DNA of 64,000 nt from Candidatus Thalassarchaeum sp. (GCA_016777225.1 JADHRW010000002.1:193284-257283), one strand, 5' to 3'; positions 9,250-19,101 are shown, counted from the stretch's first letter. Numbers and translations are program-made. Notes: generated by a model from the letters alone, not told the origin.

Positions 9250-11325
9250 ATGATTGAACGTCGAAGAACCAATATCGCAATTTTACTAGTTATATCTATG
9301 CTACTATCTGGTTGCTCAGGTCAAGTTGATGAATCTGAGGAACAAATATCTGGATGTATGGATGAAAACGCTACTAATTACAATCCTAATGTAACCAATT
9401 CAGATAGTTTATCATGCACATATGAAGAAACAAATGGAATAGACCCCATTTCAATCCCCCATACAGAAGGATGCGATAATACTAATCCTATACATTGCAT
9501 GTTACCATTCCCATCTGATGCATTTTTACTAGATGACGAAACTACTAATACCGGCAAAAGAATTTTTTATTCTGCGAATACAATACCTGGTTCAGGAACA
9601 GTTAGCCCTATTGAAATACCAATACTGAACCAAATGGATGGTGCTAGCCCTAATACCCAAATAATGACTGCTTTCTCAGTAGAACCGGATGTTTCGGAAC
9701 TAGCTGGCCAGTATAGTATAGGAAAAAGTATTGATTCAGGGCATTCAACTGCGATAATTAATCAATTTACTGGTGAACTCATAACTCACTGGGTTGAACT
9801 AGATGTGAGATCTGAGGAAGACCAACCAACAATAATTCATATGCGAACAATTGAAGCTCTAGAACACAATACCTCATATGTAGTATTACTCAGTGGATTA
9901 AAAGACCAACAAGGCAATACTATTACTGCACCTGAGGGTTTCGCTGCATTGAGAGATAACGTAATCACTAACTCACCAGATATTGAAGAGAGAAGGGCGG
10001 GTTTTCAAGAACTATTTACTTGGATTACAGGAAACACAGACTACAATATCAGTGAACTTCAAACTGCTTGGAGTTTTCATACCTCCTCGACAGAATCAAT
10101 AATTGGACCACTACTTTCAATGAGAAATGATGCTTTAGAAAGAGTAGGGGAAGGTATTGGCTGTACAATAGAATCAAACACAGAAGTAATGAATAATGAT
10201 GGAAACACAAGCCATTGGCTAATGACTGGAACTTACACTGTACCACAATATACAGAATCATTCTACCCACCTGCTCTCATAAAAAGAGCTTCAGTAGATG
10301 ATAGAACACCTGTCTTTGTTGAGAATAGAGAGATTCCTTTTTGGTTGGTGATTCCGAATTCTGCAGCAGAGAGGCAAGAGGCTGCCAGTCTAACTGTATG
10401 GGGTCATGGATTTCTTGGTAATGGAAATACTTCAGGACTAAGTGATTGGTCGAATGAAAATAATATTGCAATGCTGGGAACAAGTTTTTACGGTTGGGCT
10501 GATGATGATTTCACTAGTATCGAATATGCAGTACTGAATATGCATTATTTCCAGCATCAAGCCGAAAGACTGGAACAAGCTATGATAAATCAAGTAGTTA
10601 TGATTAAAACTTTCATGGGTATATGCTCAGACTTATCTGAGTATTATACTGATGATGGATTTAAGTTGATAGATACAACTAGTCCTACATATACTGGATA
10701 TTCGAATGGTGCATTAAGAGGCCCATCGATAATCGGCCTTTCTCCAGACTTAGATAGAGGTGTATTATGGGCAGGTGGGTCATCATTCTCACATATTATA
10801 GAGAGATGCACACAGTATGACCGTTTTCACTTTATTTTTGCTAGTGAATACGGTTATGAAAATCAATTAGATCGTGCAGTTGCAATGTCGATAATGCAAT
10901 CACTATGGGATTCTACTGAGACAGATACATTCCTAAGTCTAAGACAGGAAGGTTATCTTGATCAAATAGAACCATTTGAGTTGATGACATTATTCTCAAT
11001 AACAGATTTGCAGATATCGAATATTTCATCATCACGAATGATGATGACTGGAGGGATTCCTTTACTTAATTCATCTACAATAACACCATATGGGCTGAAT
11101 TTAGTATATGATGGACACGTAGGCTCAGTAGGAGTTTTCTTTGATGGTGGTTATGAACATGCCCCCGAAGGTAATGAATATGGTCAGGAGCCTCATCCAG
11201 CACACAATGCAATTGGAGCATTACCAATTGCAAGAGAGATGGCTTTTCATTATCTTTCAACAGGTATAGTAGTAGATACTTGTGAAGGAAACTGTGAATT
11301 CAGTCCTGATGATCTTGGATTCTGA
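9250..11325 (+). CDS. secreted lipoprotein, putative alpha/beta-hydrolase (esterase/lipase-like) with a large N-terminal domain
   Basis: A signal peptide carries a lipobox (LLSGC). An HG oxyanion-type motif (VWGHGFLG) and a GxSxG nucleophile elbow (GYSNG) are present. Confidence 0.45.
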   Translation: MIERRRTNIAILLVISMLLSGCSGQVDESEEQISGCMDENATNYNPNVTNSDSLSCTYEETNGIDPISIPHTEGCDNTNPIHCMLPFPSDAFLLDDETTNTGKRIFYSANTIPGSGTVSPIEIPILNQMDGASPNTQIMTAFSVEPDVSELAGQYSIGKSIDSGHSTAIINQFTGELITHWVELDVRSEEDQPTIIHMRTIEALEHNTSYVVLLSGLKDQQGNTITAPEGFAALRDNVITNSPDIEERRAGFQELFTWITGNTDYNISELQTAWSFHTSSTESIIGPLLSMRNDALERVGEGIGCTIESNTEVMNNDGNTSHWLMTGTYTVPQYTESFYPPALIKRASVDDRTPVFVENREIPFWLVIPNSAAERQEAASLTVWGHGFLGNGNTSGLSDWSNENNIAMLGTSFYGWADDDFTSIEYAVLNMHYFQHQAERLEQAMINQVVMIKTFMGICSDLSEYYTDDGFKLIDTTSPTYTGYSNGALRGPSIIGLSPDLDRGVLWAGGSSFSHIIERCTQYDRFHFIFASEYGYENQLDRAVAMSIMQSLWDSTETDTFLSLRQEGYLDQIEPFELMTLFSITDLQISNISSSRMMMTGGIPLLNSSTITPYGLNLVYDGHVGSVGVFFDGGYEHAPEGNEYGQEPHPAHNAIGALPIAREMAFHYLSTGIVVDTCEGNCEFSPDDLGF

Positions 11326-11940
11326 TCAACCAACTGGTTCTCCGCCTTCACCTAAGAAGGCGAGTCTCTTTAGGCAGTCATTTGAGAATAGATAATCAAT
11401 TACTGATTGAGGCGTTGAAACACCTAATACAGTATCTATTGCATTTTTATCAAGAATTGTAGAAAGCATTCTAGCAGTTTCACGGACTCTCCAACCCTCG
11501 TAATCATCTCTTTGTAATAAAGGCATAGAAATTATAATCCAGTCAGAATTATTATACAAATCACAAGAAGATGAATCACTGCTAAAAAATATTCCAGACG
11601 TTCCATGATATTTTTCGGCATGAGATACCCAATTAGGTGGATCTTCAATATCTGGAATAGCCACCACAATTGCATCAAATTTTGCTTCATTATCGAGCCA
11701 TGAAGATATCATTGCAATTCGTTCGGAAGCAGACCAGGGATTTTTCAAAGTTTCAGGACGATTAGATGAACCCACTGCAATAATTAATTTCAAATTTGGA
11801 TAATTGACCTTACGACACTTTTCAGCCTCTCTTAACATTAAGGCGTGCCCTCTATGGAATGGTTGAAATCTACCTAAAACTACAAATCCAGAGTCAGGAG
11901 GAGATGAGGGAGGTAGAGGGATTAGAGGTAGGTCAGTCAT
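11326..11940 (-). CDS. nadM: nicotinamide-nucleotide adenylyltransferase, archaeal type
   Basis: The GRFQPFHRGH signature of archaeal NMNAT/cytidylyltransferase-fold enzymes is present, and the length is about 200 aa. Confidence 0.75.
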   Translation of the reverse strand: MTDLPLIPLPPSSPPDSGFVVLGRFQPFHRGHALMLREAEKCRKVNYPNLKLIIAVGSSNRPETLKNPWSASERIAMISSWLDNEAKFDAIVVAIPDIEDPPNWVSHAEKYHGTSGIFFSSDSSSCDLYNNSDWIIISMPLLQRDDYEGWRVRETARMLSTILDKNAIDTVLGVSTPQSVIDYLFSNDCLKRLAFLGEGGEPVG

Positions 11941-11941
11941 A

Positions 11942-12619
11942 TCACATCACCATTTTATCCGTTAAAGCCACTTCATCGATACTCCAGAGGGTTGACTCTA
12001 AATATTCGCGACCAATAAGTAAACTAATATCTTTTGATTGGAAATTATCGAAGAAAATATATAATGATTCACTGGATGATTTGTGCGCTTCCATAGTTGG
12101 TAATATCCTAGGATCTTCAGATGGTTCCATAGTTTCACCCAGTTCTTCTCTTCTTTTCATCCAATCAAGCACTACCGATTCAGAGTAACTTTTCTTGTCA
12201 GTAACTCTTAGAGCATTTGCAAAGTTATTCCAAATAGAAAATTGTAGAAATTGATCAGGGTTCTCAATAGTTTTAGAGAGTGAAGGTTCAACATAAAGGA
12301 ATAAGCGAGCTTCCCAACACTTCCATTCTGACTTAGAACACCATTTCGCTAATAGTATCCCAATTTCTGCACGTTGCTCCAAACTAATTTTTTGTGCAAT
12401 TATTGATTTAGAAAAATCTAAAGATAAATTTCTATCGAACCATTCAAGCATATCTCCTTCTAAATCTACCTCGAAATCACGATGGAAACGAATATCAAGT
12501 TCAGGTCTTTTATTTCTCAAAGTTTGATTTTCAATTTTATCCAAAACATCTTGAAGTGGCATTCTACTTAATTCTCTGAACATAGACATATCCACTAAAT
12601 TTAGTATCACATCTACCAT
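11942..12619 (-). CDS. hypothetical cytosolic protein (225 aa)
   Basis: The long ORF ends 1 nt before the nadM start. No motif was recognised. Confidence 0.55.
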   Translation of the reverse strand: MVDVILNLVDMSMFRELSRMPLQDVLDKIENQTLRNKRPELDIRFHRDFEVDLEGDMLEWFDRNLSLDFSKSIIAQKISLEQRAEIGILLAKWCSKSEWKCWEARLFLYVEPSLSKTIENPDQFLQFSIWNNFANALRVTDKKSYSESVVLDWMKRREELGETMEPSEDPRILPTMEAHKSSSESLYIFFDNFQSKDISLLIGREYLESTLWSIDEVALTDKMVM

Positions 12620-12706
12620 GGTCGCCCCTCAGGTCTAGCCAGAGAGAAGTAGGCGATGAACTATCGCTTAGCCCATTCAATTGAAGAATAGATGACGGGG
12701 CCATCA

Positions 12707-12716
12707 ACATATTAAT
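12707..12716 (+). promoter_or_regulatory. candidate TATA box ACATATTAAT for the DRG GTPase gene
   Basis: It is centred about 28 nt upstream of the ATG at 12740, within a 120-nt divergent intergenic region. Confidence 0.3.
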
Positions 12717-12739
12717 CAGACGTGATAAGAGGTTTAGGT

Positions 12740-13858
12740 ATGGCAACAATCGAGGAACAAATCAAGTCACTCGAAGAAGAGATTGGAAAAACTCAGAAGA
12801 ATAAAGCCACAAATGCACATATTGGTAAGCTAAAAGCAAAGATTGCTGCATTAAGAGCGCGCAAAGAAAAGGCACAAGCACATGCAAAAGCCAGTGGTGG
12901 AGGACCCGGTTTTGAAGTTAAAAAATCAGGGGATGCATCGGTCGCATTAGTTGGTTTCCCAAGTGTAGGTAAATCAAGTCTTATTTCTCAATTAACAGAA
13001 GTTGAATCAGAAATAGGGAATTTCGCATTTACGACCTTAACATGTATACCTGGATTAATGGAACATAGAGGAGCTAAAATTCAGATTCTCGATTTACCAG
13101 GACTGATTAAAGGTGCATCAGACGGGAAAGGAAGGGGGAAAGAAATTCTCAATGTCATTAGAGGAGCAGATATGGTTTTGTATGTCTTAGACCCGTTTCA
13201 AGAATCACATTTTGATATCCTTGATATGGAATTATGGAAATCGGGTATGAGATTAAATCAAAGAGAACCTCAAGTATTTATCACAAGATCTAACAGAGGC
13301 GGAATAGTAGTAAGGTCTACAGTTAAACAAACAAATCTCACTCATGAAGAAATACAGGAGATTGTTAGAAGTTTTGGAATTGTCTCAGCAACGGTGACTC
13401 TTAGAACTAATGTCACAGATGACCATATCGTAGATACTTTAGCAGGAAATAGAGTTTACAGTAATGCTGTTGTAGTCATCAATAAAATAGATTTAGCTAG
13501 TGAAAATGATATTCAAAGGACCATGGAAATGATTCCTATAAACTGGCCTGTCCTACAAGTTTCTGCGAAAACTGGCACTGGAATAGAAAATATGAAAGAT
13601 TTCATATTTGAAAATCTACATTTTATGTCTGTTTATCTAAAACCTCAGGGGCAAGAAGCAGATTTAATCGAGCCCTTGATAATCAAAGATACTTCTACAG
13701 TTAGAGATGTTTGCGCTAAGTTACATCGTGATTTCGTAAGAAAATTTAGATATTCTAGAGTTAAAGGCCCTAGTGGGAAATTTGATTGGCAAAGAGTTGG
13801 TTTAGATCATAGACTTAAGGATGGAGATATTCTCTCAATTATCACTAGAAGAAGATAA
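12740..13858 (+). CDS. developmentally regulated GTP-binding protein (DRG/Rbg, Obg-family GTPase with C-terminal TGS domain)
   Basis: The N-terminal helix is MATIEEQIKSLEEEIGKTQKNKATNAHIGKLKAKIA. G motifs are GFPSVGKSS, DLPG and NKID. The TGS-like C-terminus includes LKDGDIL. Confidence 0.88.
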   Translation: MATIEEQIKSLEEEIGKTQKNKATNAHIGKLKAKIAALRARKEKAQAHAKASGGGPGFEVKKSGDASVALVGFPSVGKSSLISQLTEVESEIGNFAFTTLTCIPGLMEHRGAKIQILDLPGLIKGASDGKGRGKEILNVIRGADMVLYVLDPFQESHFDILDMELWKSGMRLNQREPQVFITRSNRGGIVVRSTVKQTNLTHEEIQEIVRSFGIVSATVTLRTNVTDDHIVDTLAGNRVYSNAVVVINKIDLASENDIQRTMEMIPINWPVLQVSAKTGTGIENMKDFIFENLHFMSVYLKPQGQEADLIEPLIIKDTSTVRDVCAKLHRDFVRKFRYSRVKGPSGKFDWQRVGLDHRLKDGDILSIITRRR

Positions 13859-13914
13859 AAATATGTAAACCATCGATGCGATGTATTCACGAATAGAAAC
13901 CCCCCCCGAACAAC

Positions 13915-14676
13915 ATGGTTGAGGGGCAGAAGGACTTGGTTCCGATGGCCGAATTTGTGGGCTTAATCAGTTACTTCAAAGATAAATTAAAGTTGTTTAT
14001 CGGGGTTTTTATCGGAGGAATGGTTCTAGGATATCCCTTTTCAGGTGAAATTATTGATTGGTTGATGACTGCTCAGGGATACTTACCAGATGGAGTGGAA
14101 TTAATCATATTACAACCGATGGAGGTTATTTTACTTCGACTAAGGATTGCAACACAGATAGGATTGATTCTAACCTTAGGATTAATTATTTCTGACTTAA
14201 GTATTAATGGAGGTAAGATTTTTTCTAATGCTAAAAGGAAAAACGTTAATCCTACGGGATCTAAATTATTCCAACTGTTAATCGTATTAATTTTTGCAAT
14301 TGTTCTGGCGATTACAGGTAGCATTTATGCACATAAAATATTAATCCCAATGCTGCTTGAGTTTTTAGCAAATGATGCAACAAGTGTGGGATTGACTAAT
14401 ACATGGCAATTACAATCATGGATTGGATTCATAGTTGGATTATTCTTCGGTTCTATAGTAAGTTTTCAAACGCCTTTGGTGGCATTGATATTACTAAGAA
14501 CAGGAATAATTAGTAGAGTAAGCATCACTGAAAATAGAGGGACAATTTGGTTCGCCGCTGTTCTATTAGGAGCTGCATTATCCCCTCCAGATCCACTCTC
14601 AATGTTCTTGGTAGGTGGGCCAATCATTCTATTACTAGAGATTGCATTAATCTTTGATAAAATACTAGGTGATTGA
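13915..14676 (+). CDS. tatC: twin-arginine translocase subunit TatC
   Basis: It is a six-TM protein of about 250 aa with the characteristic LSPPDPLSM motif before the last helices. Confidence 0.7.
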   Translation: MVEGQKDLVPMAEFVGLISYFKDKLKLFIGVFIGGMVLGYPFSGEIIDWLMTAQGYLPDGVELIILQPMEVILLRLRIATQIGLILTLGLIISDLSINGGKIFSNAKRKNVNPTGSKLFQLLIVLIFAIVLAITGSIYAHKILIPMLLEFLANDATSVGLTNTWQLQSWIGFIVGLFFGSIVSFQTPLVALILLRTGIISRVSITENRGTIWFAAVLLGAALSPPDPLSMFLVGGPIILLLEIALIFDKILGD

Positions 14677-16548
14677 TCACTCATTATCTAATGTCAGACC
14701 TCGATTACGAGCATCTTCAGCTTGTGCGTCTGATCGACCTTCCTCAAGATCGACCATTCTCATCATTACTGCACCTATCAGAATTAATACTGCAATTGAT
14801 AAAATACCCATTCTACTGTCATACATGACTGTCATAAATCCATATAATAATGGCCCTATGAATGCGGCAACTTTACCGAAAAATCCAAAGAATCCAAAGA
14901 ATTCTGCACTTCTAGTTTCAGGTACCATTTGTCCAAACATACTTCTTGCTAATCCTTGAGAACCTCCAAGTAATGTACCCATTGCACAACCTAGTATTAA
15001 GAATTGTATGCCTACTGAAATCCCCAATGGACCCCAGACTTTATCTCTGACTGTTTCTGGAATAAAATCAATCACACCATCTCCAAGATTTGTAGGGTGA
15101 TCAATACCCACCATAGTTGAAGTATCTCTGATACTAATTGAAAAACGGGTATCTTCAAACAATTCTGGTAGAGATGTTAGAGAAGTAATTTCTTCAGGTG
15201 CAAGAGGACCTATACTGACGGCAACAGCATTACCATCATCATCGAAGCCGGCCCATTCATAGATTACAGCTTCAGAAATATCCTCATTTTGCTGTACTAT
15301 CCCCCAGGAAAGTAATGTAGATTCAGCCCATATCTGTTCATCTCCACCATCTACTAAAGCAATAGGAGTATCGAGTACGTTTGCATGTGGAGTGTAGAAC
15401 CACTCACCATCTACCTCTTCTACCTGTACTTGATAATCAGTATGGTCAGTATATTCTAATGGAGCGAAAGAAAGTGCTGCAAAACAGAGAATAACCCATC
15501 CGACTAGTGATACGTTTAGAGCTCTCTTAGTTCCAATTCCATTAATTGTCATTATTTTGAACTTATTTGGACCCCAAATATTTACCATGGGAATTTTCCC
15601 TCCATTGGATAGTGAAGTGAACATGAGCGCAGAGGGATAGGCCACGAATTGTATGGCAAGAATTGTTACAATTAGATCAACTGTAGTAATACCCAAAACT
15701 GTACTACCAAAAACACCGCCCAAAGCAGTTACACTGTTAATACCATCAATAAAGAAGAAATATGCTAACATGTAAATGAAAAGAGTTCTAAATTTATGAA
15801 CTTCACCAAGAGTTTTTCTTATCTCAGAAATTGCTAACTTTGCAGAGGATACAAAACCAAGAGAGGGCATCTCATTTTCAATTGGAGGCTCGGGGACCCA
15901 TTTGAATGTAAAGAGTGCAAAACCGAACCACCATATTCCTGAAGAGGCCATTACGAATGGAATCACCCAATCTCCAGTTAAAGATAAGACCATACCTAGA
16001 TGAACGAGAAGGAGTAATCCACCTCCAAGATAACCATAGGCAAAAGCTAGATTAGAAATTCGATCCATCTCATCATCAGTACCCATATGAGGAAGAAGAG
16101 CATTATAGAAAACGCCAGCTCCGTTTAAACCTACATTAGCTAACATAAAGAAGACCATTAACCAAAGCCATTGAGTATCTACTGGTAACATTGGTGCAAA
16201 TGCTAGGAGGAAAGTAGAACCTGCACCTACATAAGTAAGAATTCTCAACCACCACATCTTGATTCTTCTTCTATCAGCAATGACACCTAATGAAGGGCTA
16301 ATAATTGCGACAAACAATGTACCAAAGGCAACTGCAAATGACCAAACTGCATCTCCTTGCATTTCGATTGAACCTATCGTAGTCGTCAACCCGTTTGCTT
16401 TGAGGAAGAGATATGCATACCAAGCAGGTAATACTGCAACTGTTACAGAAGTCTCAAATGCTGATTTAGCCCAGTCATATAGAGCATAACCTCTGACTTC
16501 TTGTGGATTTGATTTTCGGTCTAGTTCAATTGTCTCTGACATGGTCAT
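14677..16548 (-). CDS. MFS transporter, UMF1/Atg22-like family, with a roughly 145-aa soluble insertion
   Basis: The YALYDWAKSAFETSV motif near the N-terminus is typical of the Atg22/UMF1 MFS family, and there are 12 or more hydrophobic helices. The likely start is MTMSETIE (16548); the longest ORF starts at 16584. Confidence 0.7.
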   Translation of the reverse strand: MTMSETIELDRKSNPQEVRGYALYDWAKSAFETSVTVAVLPAWYAYLFLKANGLTTTIGSIEMQGDAVWSFAVAFGTLFVAIISPSLGVIADRRRIKMWWLRILTYVGAGSTFLLAFAPMLPVDTQWLWLMVFFMLANVGLNGAGVFYNALLPHMGTDDEMDRISNLAFAYGYLGGGLLLLVHLGMVLSLTGDWVIPFVMASSGIWWFGFALFTFKWVPEPPIENEMPSLGFVSSAKLAISEIRKTLGEVHKFRTLFIYMLAYFFFIDGINSVTALGGVFGSTVLGITTVDLIVTILAIQFVAYPSALMFTSLSNGGKIPMVNIWGPNKFKIMTINGIGTKRALNVSLVGWVILCFAALSFAPLEYTDHTDYQVQVEEVDGEWFYTPHANVLDTPIALVDGGDEQIWAESTLLSWGIVQQNEDISEAVIYEWAGFDDDGNAVAVSIGPLAPEEITSLTSLPELFEDTRFSISIRDTSTMVGIDHPTNLGDGVIDFIPETVRDKVWGPLGISVGIQFLILGCAMGTLLGGSQGLARSMFGQMVPETRSAEFFGFFGFFGKVAAFIGPLLYGFMTVMYDSRMGILSIAVLILIGAVMMRMVDLEEGRSDAQAEDARNRGLTLDNE

Positions 16549-16615
16549 ACCTACACATCGGTATACTTTTCGACACTTTAGCATTGGGGCGGATGAATCT
16601 TAAAAAAACGCTTGA

Positions 16616-16625
16616 TTAATTATTA
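16616..16625 (+). promoter_or_regulatory. candidate TATA-like element TTAATTATTA upstream of the GDPD-like gene
   Basis: It is centred about 25 nt upstream of the ATG at 16645, in a divergent intergenic region. Confidence 0.25.
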
Positions 16626-16644
16626 GAAGCATAGCCGATAATGT

Positions 16645-17778
16645 ATGGAGGAAACGCTTGATTGGGTGCGTCCAAGAGAAAATACTGTCGAAGCATTAGT
16701 TTATGGCATGGAACAGTCGGATGGAGTTGAACTAGATTTACGGTTGACTCAAGACCAGAGGCTTATCCTACATCATGACTCAAAAACTGAATTTGGAGAA
16801 TATCCTGAATGCTTAACAATTGACGAATTACCAGATTATGTAGAACCAATAGATGATTTATTAGCAAATAAAGACTTCATACGACGTTGGACTGAAGAAG
16901 GAGCATTTACTTGTATTGAATTTAAATCACCACATCCTTCAAGTGGAAAAGCAGGAGGTTGGTTTAACGGCAAAGAAAAAGAACAACATATGATAAATAT
17001 GATTCAAAATCTGCAAGAACTATTAGAACCGATTGAACGAAGTAATAGTAGCACAGTAATTTATTCATTTGATCCGAAAATTATCACTGCATCTAAGAAA
17101 ATAAAAACTGATTTGAAATTTAGCAGATTGAGACCAAATATTAGACAATGGGGGAATTGGACAACACAGAGGATTGTTGCTACACCTTCCTTCTTAGCAA
17201 ATTCATTACCTAAATTAATGGATAAACAAAGACAGGAAGGGTCACCGATGCTTCCTTGTTCACTACAATATCTAAAAGGTATAGAGAGTAATATAAATAT
17301 TGGTTGGACAGTAGGTTTAGAAGGAAAGAAATTAGAACGATTGACCAAATATAGAAGAGGTTATCCAGTTTATGTTTGGCCTTCAAAATCTGATTCTGAA
17401 AGATTATTACTAGATGCTGGATTAACCGGACTTACTGATGATTTGTCACCTAATTCAGTAACTTTGGATACTGGTCATGCTCGATGGACAAAGCCAGCAA
17501 CACAACCGTTAACAGATGAGACTAGAAAAGAACTAGATGATACACCGAAAGAAGAGCATTTTACAAAAATTTCAGAATTGAAGAAAGAAGTATCTCCTTG
17601 GTATGAACTTTCAGATAATGAAAGAATCAAATTCGTCGATAATTGGAGGAAAAAATGGTTGTGGGCAAGAGAGAGGAGTACTCTATTGAATGAAACCTCG
17701 AAGTCTAGCTTGCCTTGGGAAGTTTCACGAATTATAGGACATAGAGGAACAGGAAGTTCACACAAAGGAAGTTCCTGA
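16645..17778 (+). CDS. glycerophosphodiester phosphodiesterase (GDPD)-like TIM-barrel protein with a roughly 100-aa C-terminal tail
   Basis: GDPD motifs occur in order: RENTVEAL, GVELDLRLTQDQRLILHHD, LTIDEL, CIEFK, VIYSFDP and YVWP...LTGLTDD. The usual N-terminal HRG motif is absent at the N-terminus, but IIGHRGTGS occurs at the C-terminal end. Confidence 0.6.
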   Translation: MEETLDWVRPRENTVEALVYGMEQSDGVELDLRLTQDQRLILHHDSKTEFGEYPECLTIDELPDYVEPIDDLLANKDFIRRWTEEGAFTCIEFKSPHPSSGKAGGWFNGKEKEQHMINMIQNLQELLEPIERSNSSTVIYSFDPKIITASKKIKTDLKFSRLRPNIRQWGNWTTQRIVATPSFLANSLPKLMDKQRQEGSPMLPCSLQYLKGIESNINIGWTVGLEGKKLERLTKYRRGYPVYVWPSKSDSERLLLDAGLTGLTDDLSPNSVTLDTGHARWTKPATQPLTDETRKELDDTPKEEHFTKISELKKEVSPWYELSDNERIKFVDNWRKKWLWARERSTLLNETSKSSLPWEVSRIIGHRGTGSSHKGSS

Positions 17779-18948
17779 TTACTCTAATCTTCTTAGAGGC
17801 TGATTTTTAGCAATATATTTTGGCCTATAAATTGGAGTCCCTCTACCATCTCTGGCATTTCTCTCATCTAGTATCTGAGCACTGATTCCTGCTACACGAG
17901 CCCATCCAAAGAAAGTGGTATAGTACTCTGGCATTCTAAAACCAACCGAATGAAGAAGACTTCCACTAGCGATATCGACATTAGGGTAAGGATTACTTAT
18001 CTTAGGAATTTCACTAAGAATTGGAGGGACTACTTCTCTCAATGCTCTAACAATCTTGAAATTATCGTCATTAGGGCAAATCTCTTCACCAAGTTCAATC
18101 AGTAAGCGAGCACGTGGATCTTCAGCTCTTAAAACACCGTGACCGAAACCATAAATCGGACGTCGGTTCTCTAATTCGGTACGAACAAAGTCTTCGATCT
18201 CTTTGTGATCAGATGTTCCGATTCTTTGTACAAATTCAAGACATGCCTGATTAGCCCTACCATGAAGAGGGCCAGATAATGCATTCATAGCACTTGATAT
18301 CGATGGATAAATAGAAGCCCATCCTGAAGCTACTGCCTTACCAGAGAAAGTTGACAAATTACCACCTCCATGATCCATATGTAGTATGAAGAAGAAACGC
18401 AGAACTCTCTCTATACCTCTAGCTTGTTGGCCTTCGAATCCCATCATATGAACAAAGTTCTCAACTAATCCAAGACCAGGCCTACGAGGCTGTAACTTCT
18501 CTTTTTCACCACCTCTTAACCGGAAAATTCGTGCCATTAATTCAGGCATTCGAGCAATCAAATTCATTGCATCTGCCCTAGTATCACCTGTATTTTCTGC
18601 TGCACCAAGGGCCATTATCCCTATCGAAAGCCAGTCCATTGGATGACCACTCCCTGGAGTTAAAGATTCTAAAACACGAAGAGCACCGGTAGGTATATTT
18701 TCACCTCTTTGAGTTAATTCTGCATGAAACTCTTGAGCTTCTTCTTCAGTAGGGAGACGTTTATGCATCAATAAAAATATCACATCTTCTTCTTCCATAT
18801 TTACTAAATCTTCAACTGGATAACCAACATAGTGAACACCCTCTTGAGGATCTACAAATGAGGTTTGACAAGTCCCTACTGGTACACCTCTGAGGCCTGA
18901 ATCTAGGTTTTTACCAGTAATCGTAAACAATACATCTTCACTACTCAT
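17779..18948 (-). CDS. gltA: citrate synthase
   Basis: Catalytic-site motifs are LHMDHGGGNLS, SGPLHGRANQ and GFGHGVLRAEDPR. The length is 389 aa. Confidence 0.88.
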   Translation of the reverse strand: MSSEDVLFTITGKNLDSGLRGVPVGTCQTSFVDPQEGVHYVGYPVEDLVNMEEEDVIFLLMHKRLPTEEEAQEFHAELTQRGENIPTGALRVLESLTPGSGHPMDWLSIGIMALGAAENTGDTRADAMNLIARMPELMARIFRLRGGEKEKLQPRRPGLGLVENFVHMMGFEGQQARGIERVLRFFFILHMDHGGGNLSTFSGKAVASGWASIYPSISSAMNALSGPLHGRANQACLEFVQRIGTSDHKEIEDFVRTELENRRPIYGFGHGVLRAEDPRARLLIELGEEICPNDDNFKIVRALREVVPPILSEIPKISNPYPNVDIASGSLLHSVGFRMPEYYTTFFGWARVAGISAQILDERNARDGRGTPIYRPKYIAKNQPLRRLE

Positions 18949-19101
18949 CTAGTACCACAAACTCATCCCCCAATGTAGACAAGTCATAATATCTTCGATA
19001 TTGTGATTAGAAGACAAAAATTCATTAATGAGGTTAAATACTACTATTTTGACATTTATTGCCCGCAATAGTGAAAGAGCAATTACTTGGGCCGACAAAA
19101 T

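Noticed and set aside
12620-12739. A GC-rich segment (GTCGCCCCTCAGGTCTAGCC...) in the divergent spacer as a possible small RNA or C/D-box sRNA
   Set aside because: I could find no C/D (RUGAUGA/CUGA) boxes or stable extended structure. It is more likely promoter or 5' sequence for the two divergent genes.
13900-13907. A C8 homopolymer upstream of tatC as a possible phase-variation tract
   Set aside because: It is intergenic, 8 nt from the ATG, and does not interrupt any frame. There is no evidence of slippage-dependent regulation in archaea from the sequence alone. It is only compositionally unusual.
14872-14910. A short tandem nucleotide repeat (ccaaagaat x2) encoding FFGFFGFFG in the MFS transporter
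   Set aside because: It lies within a TM-adjacent conserved coding region and is only a trivial codon-level repeat.
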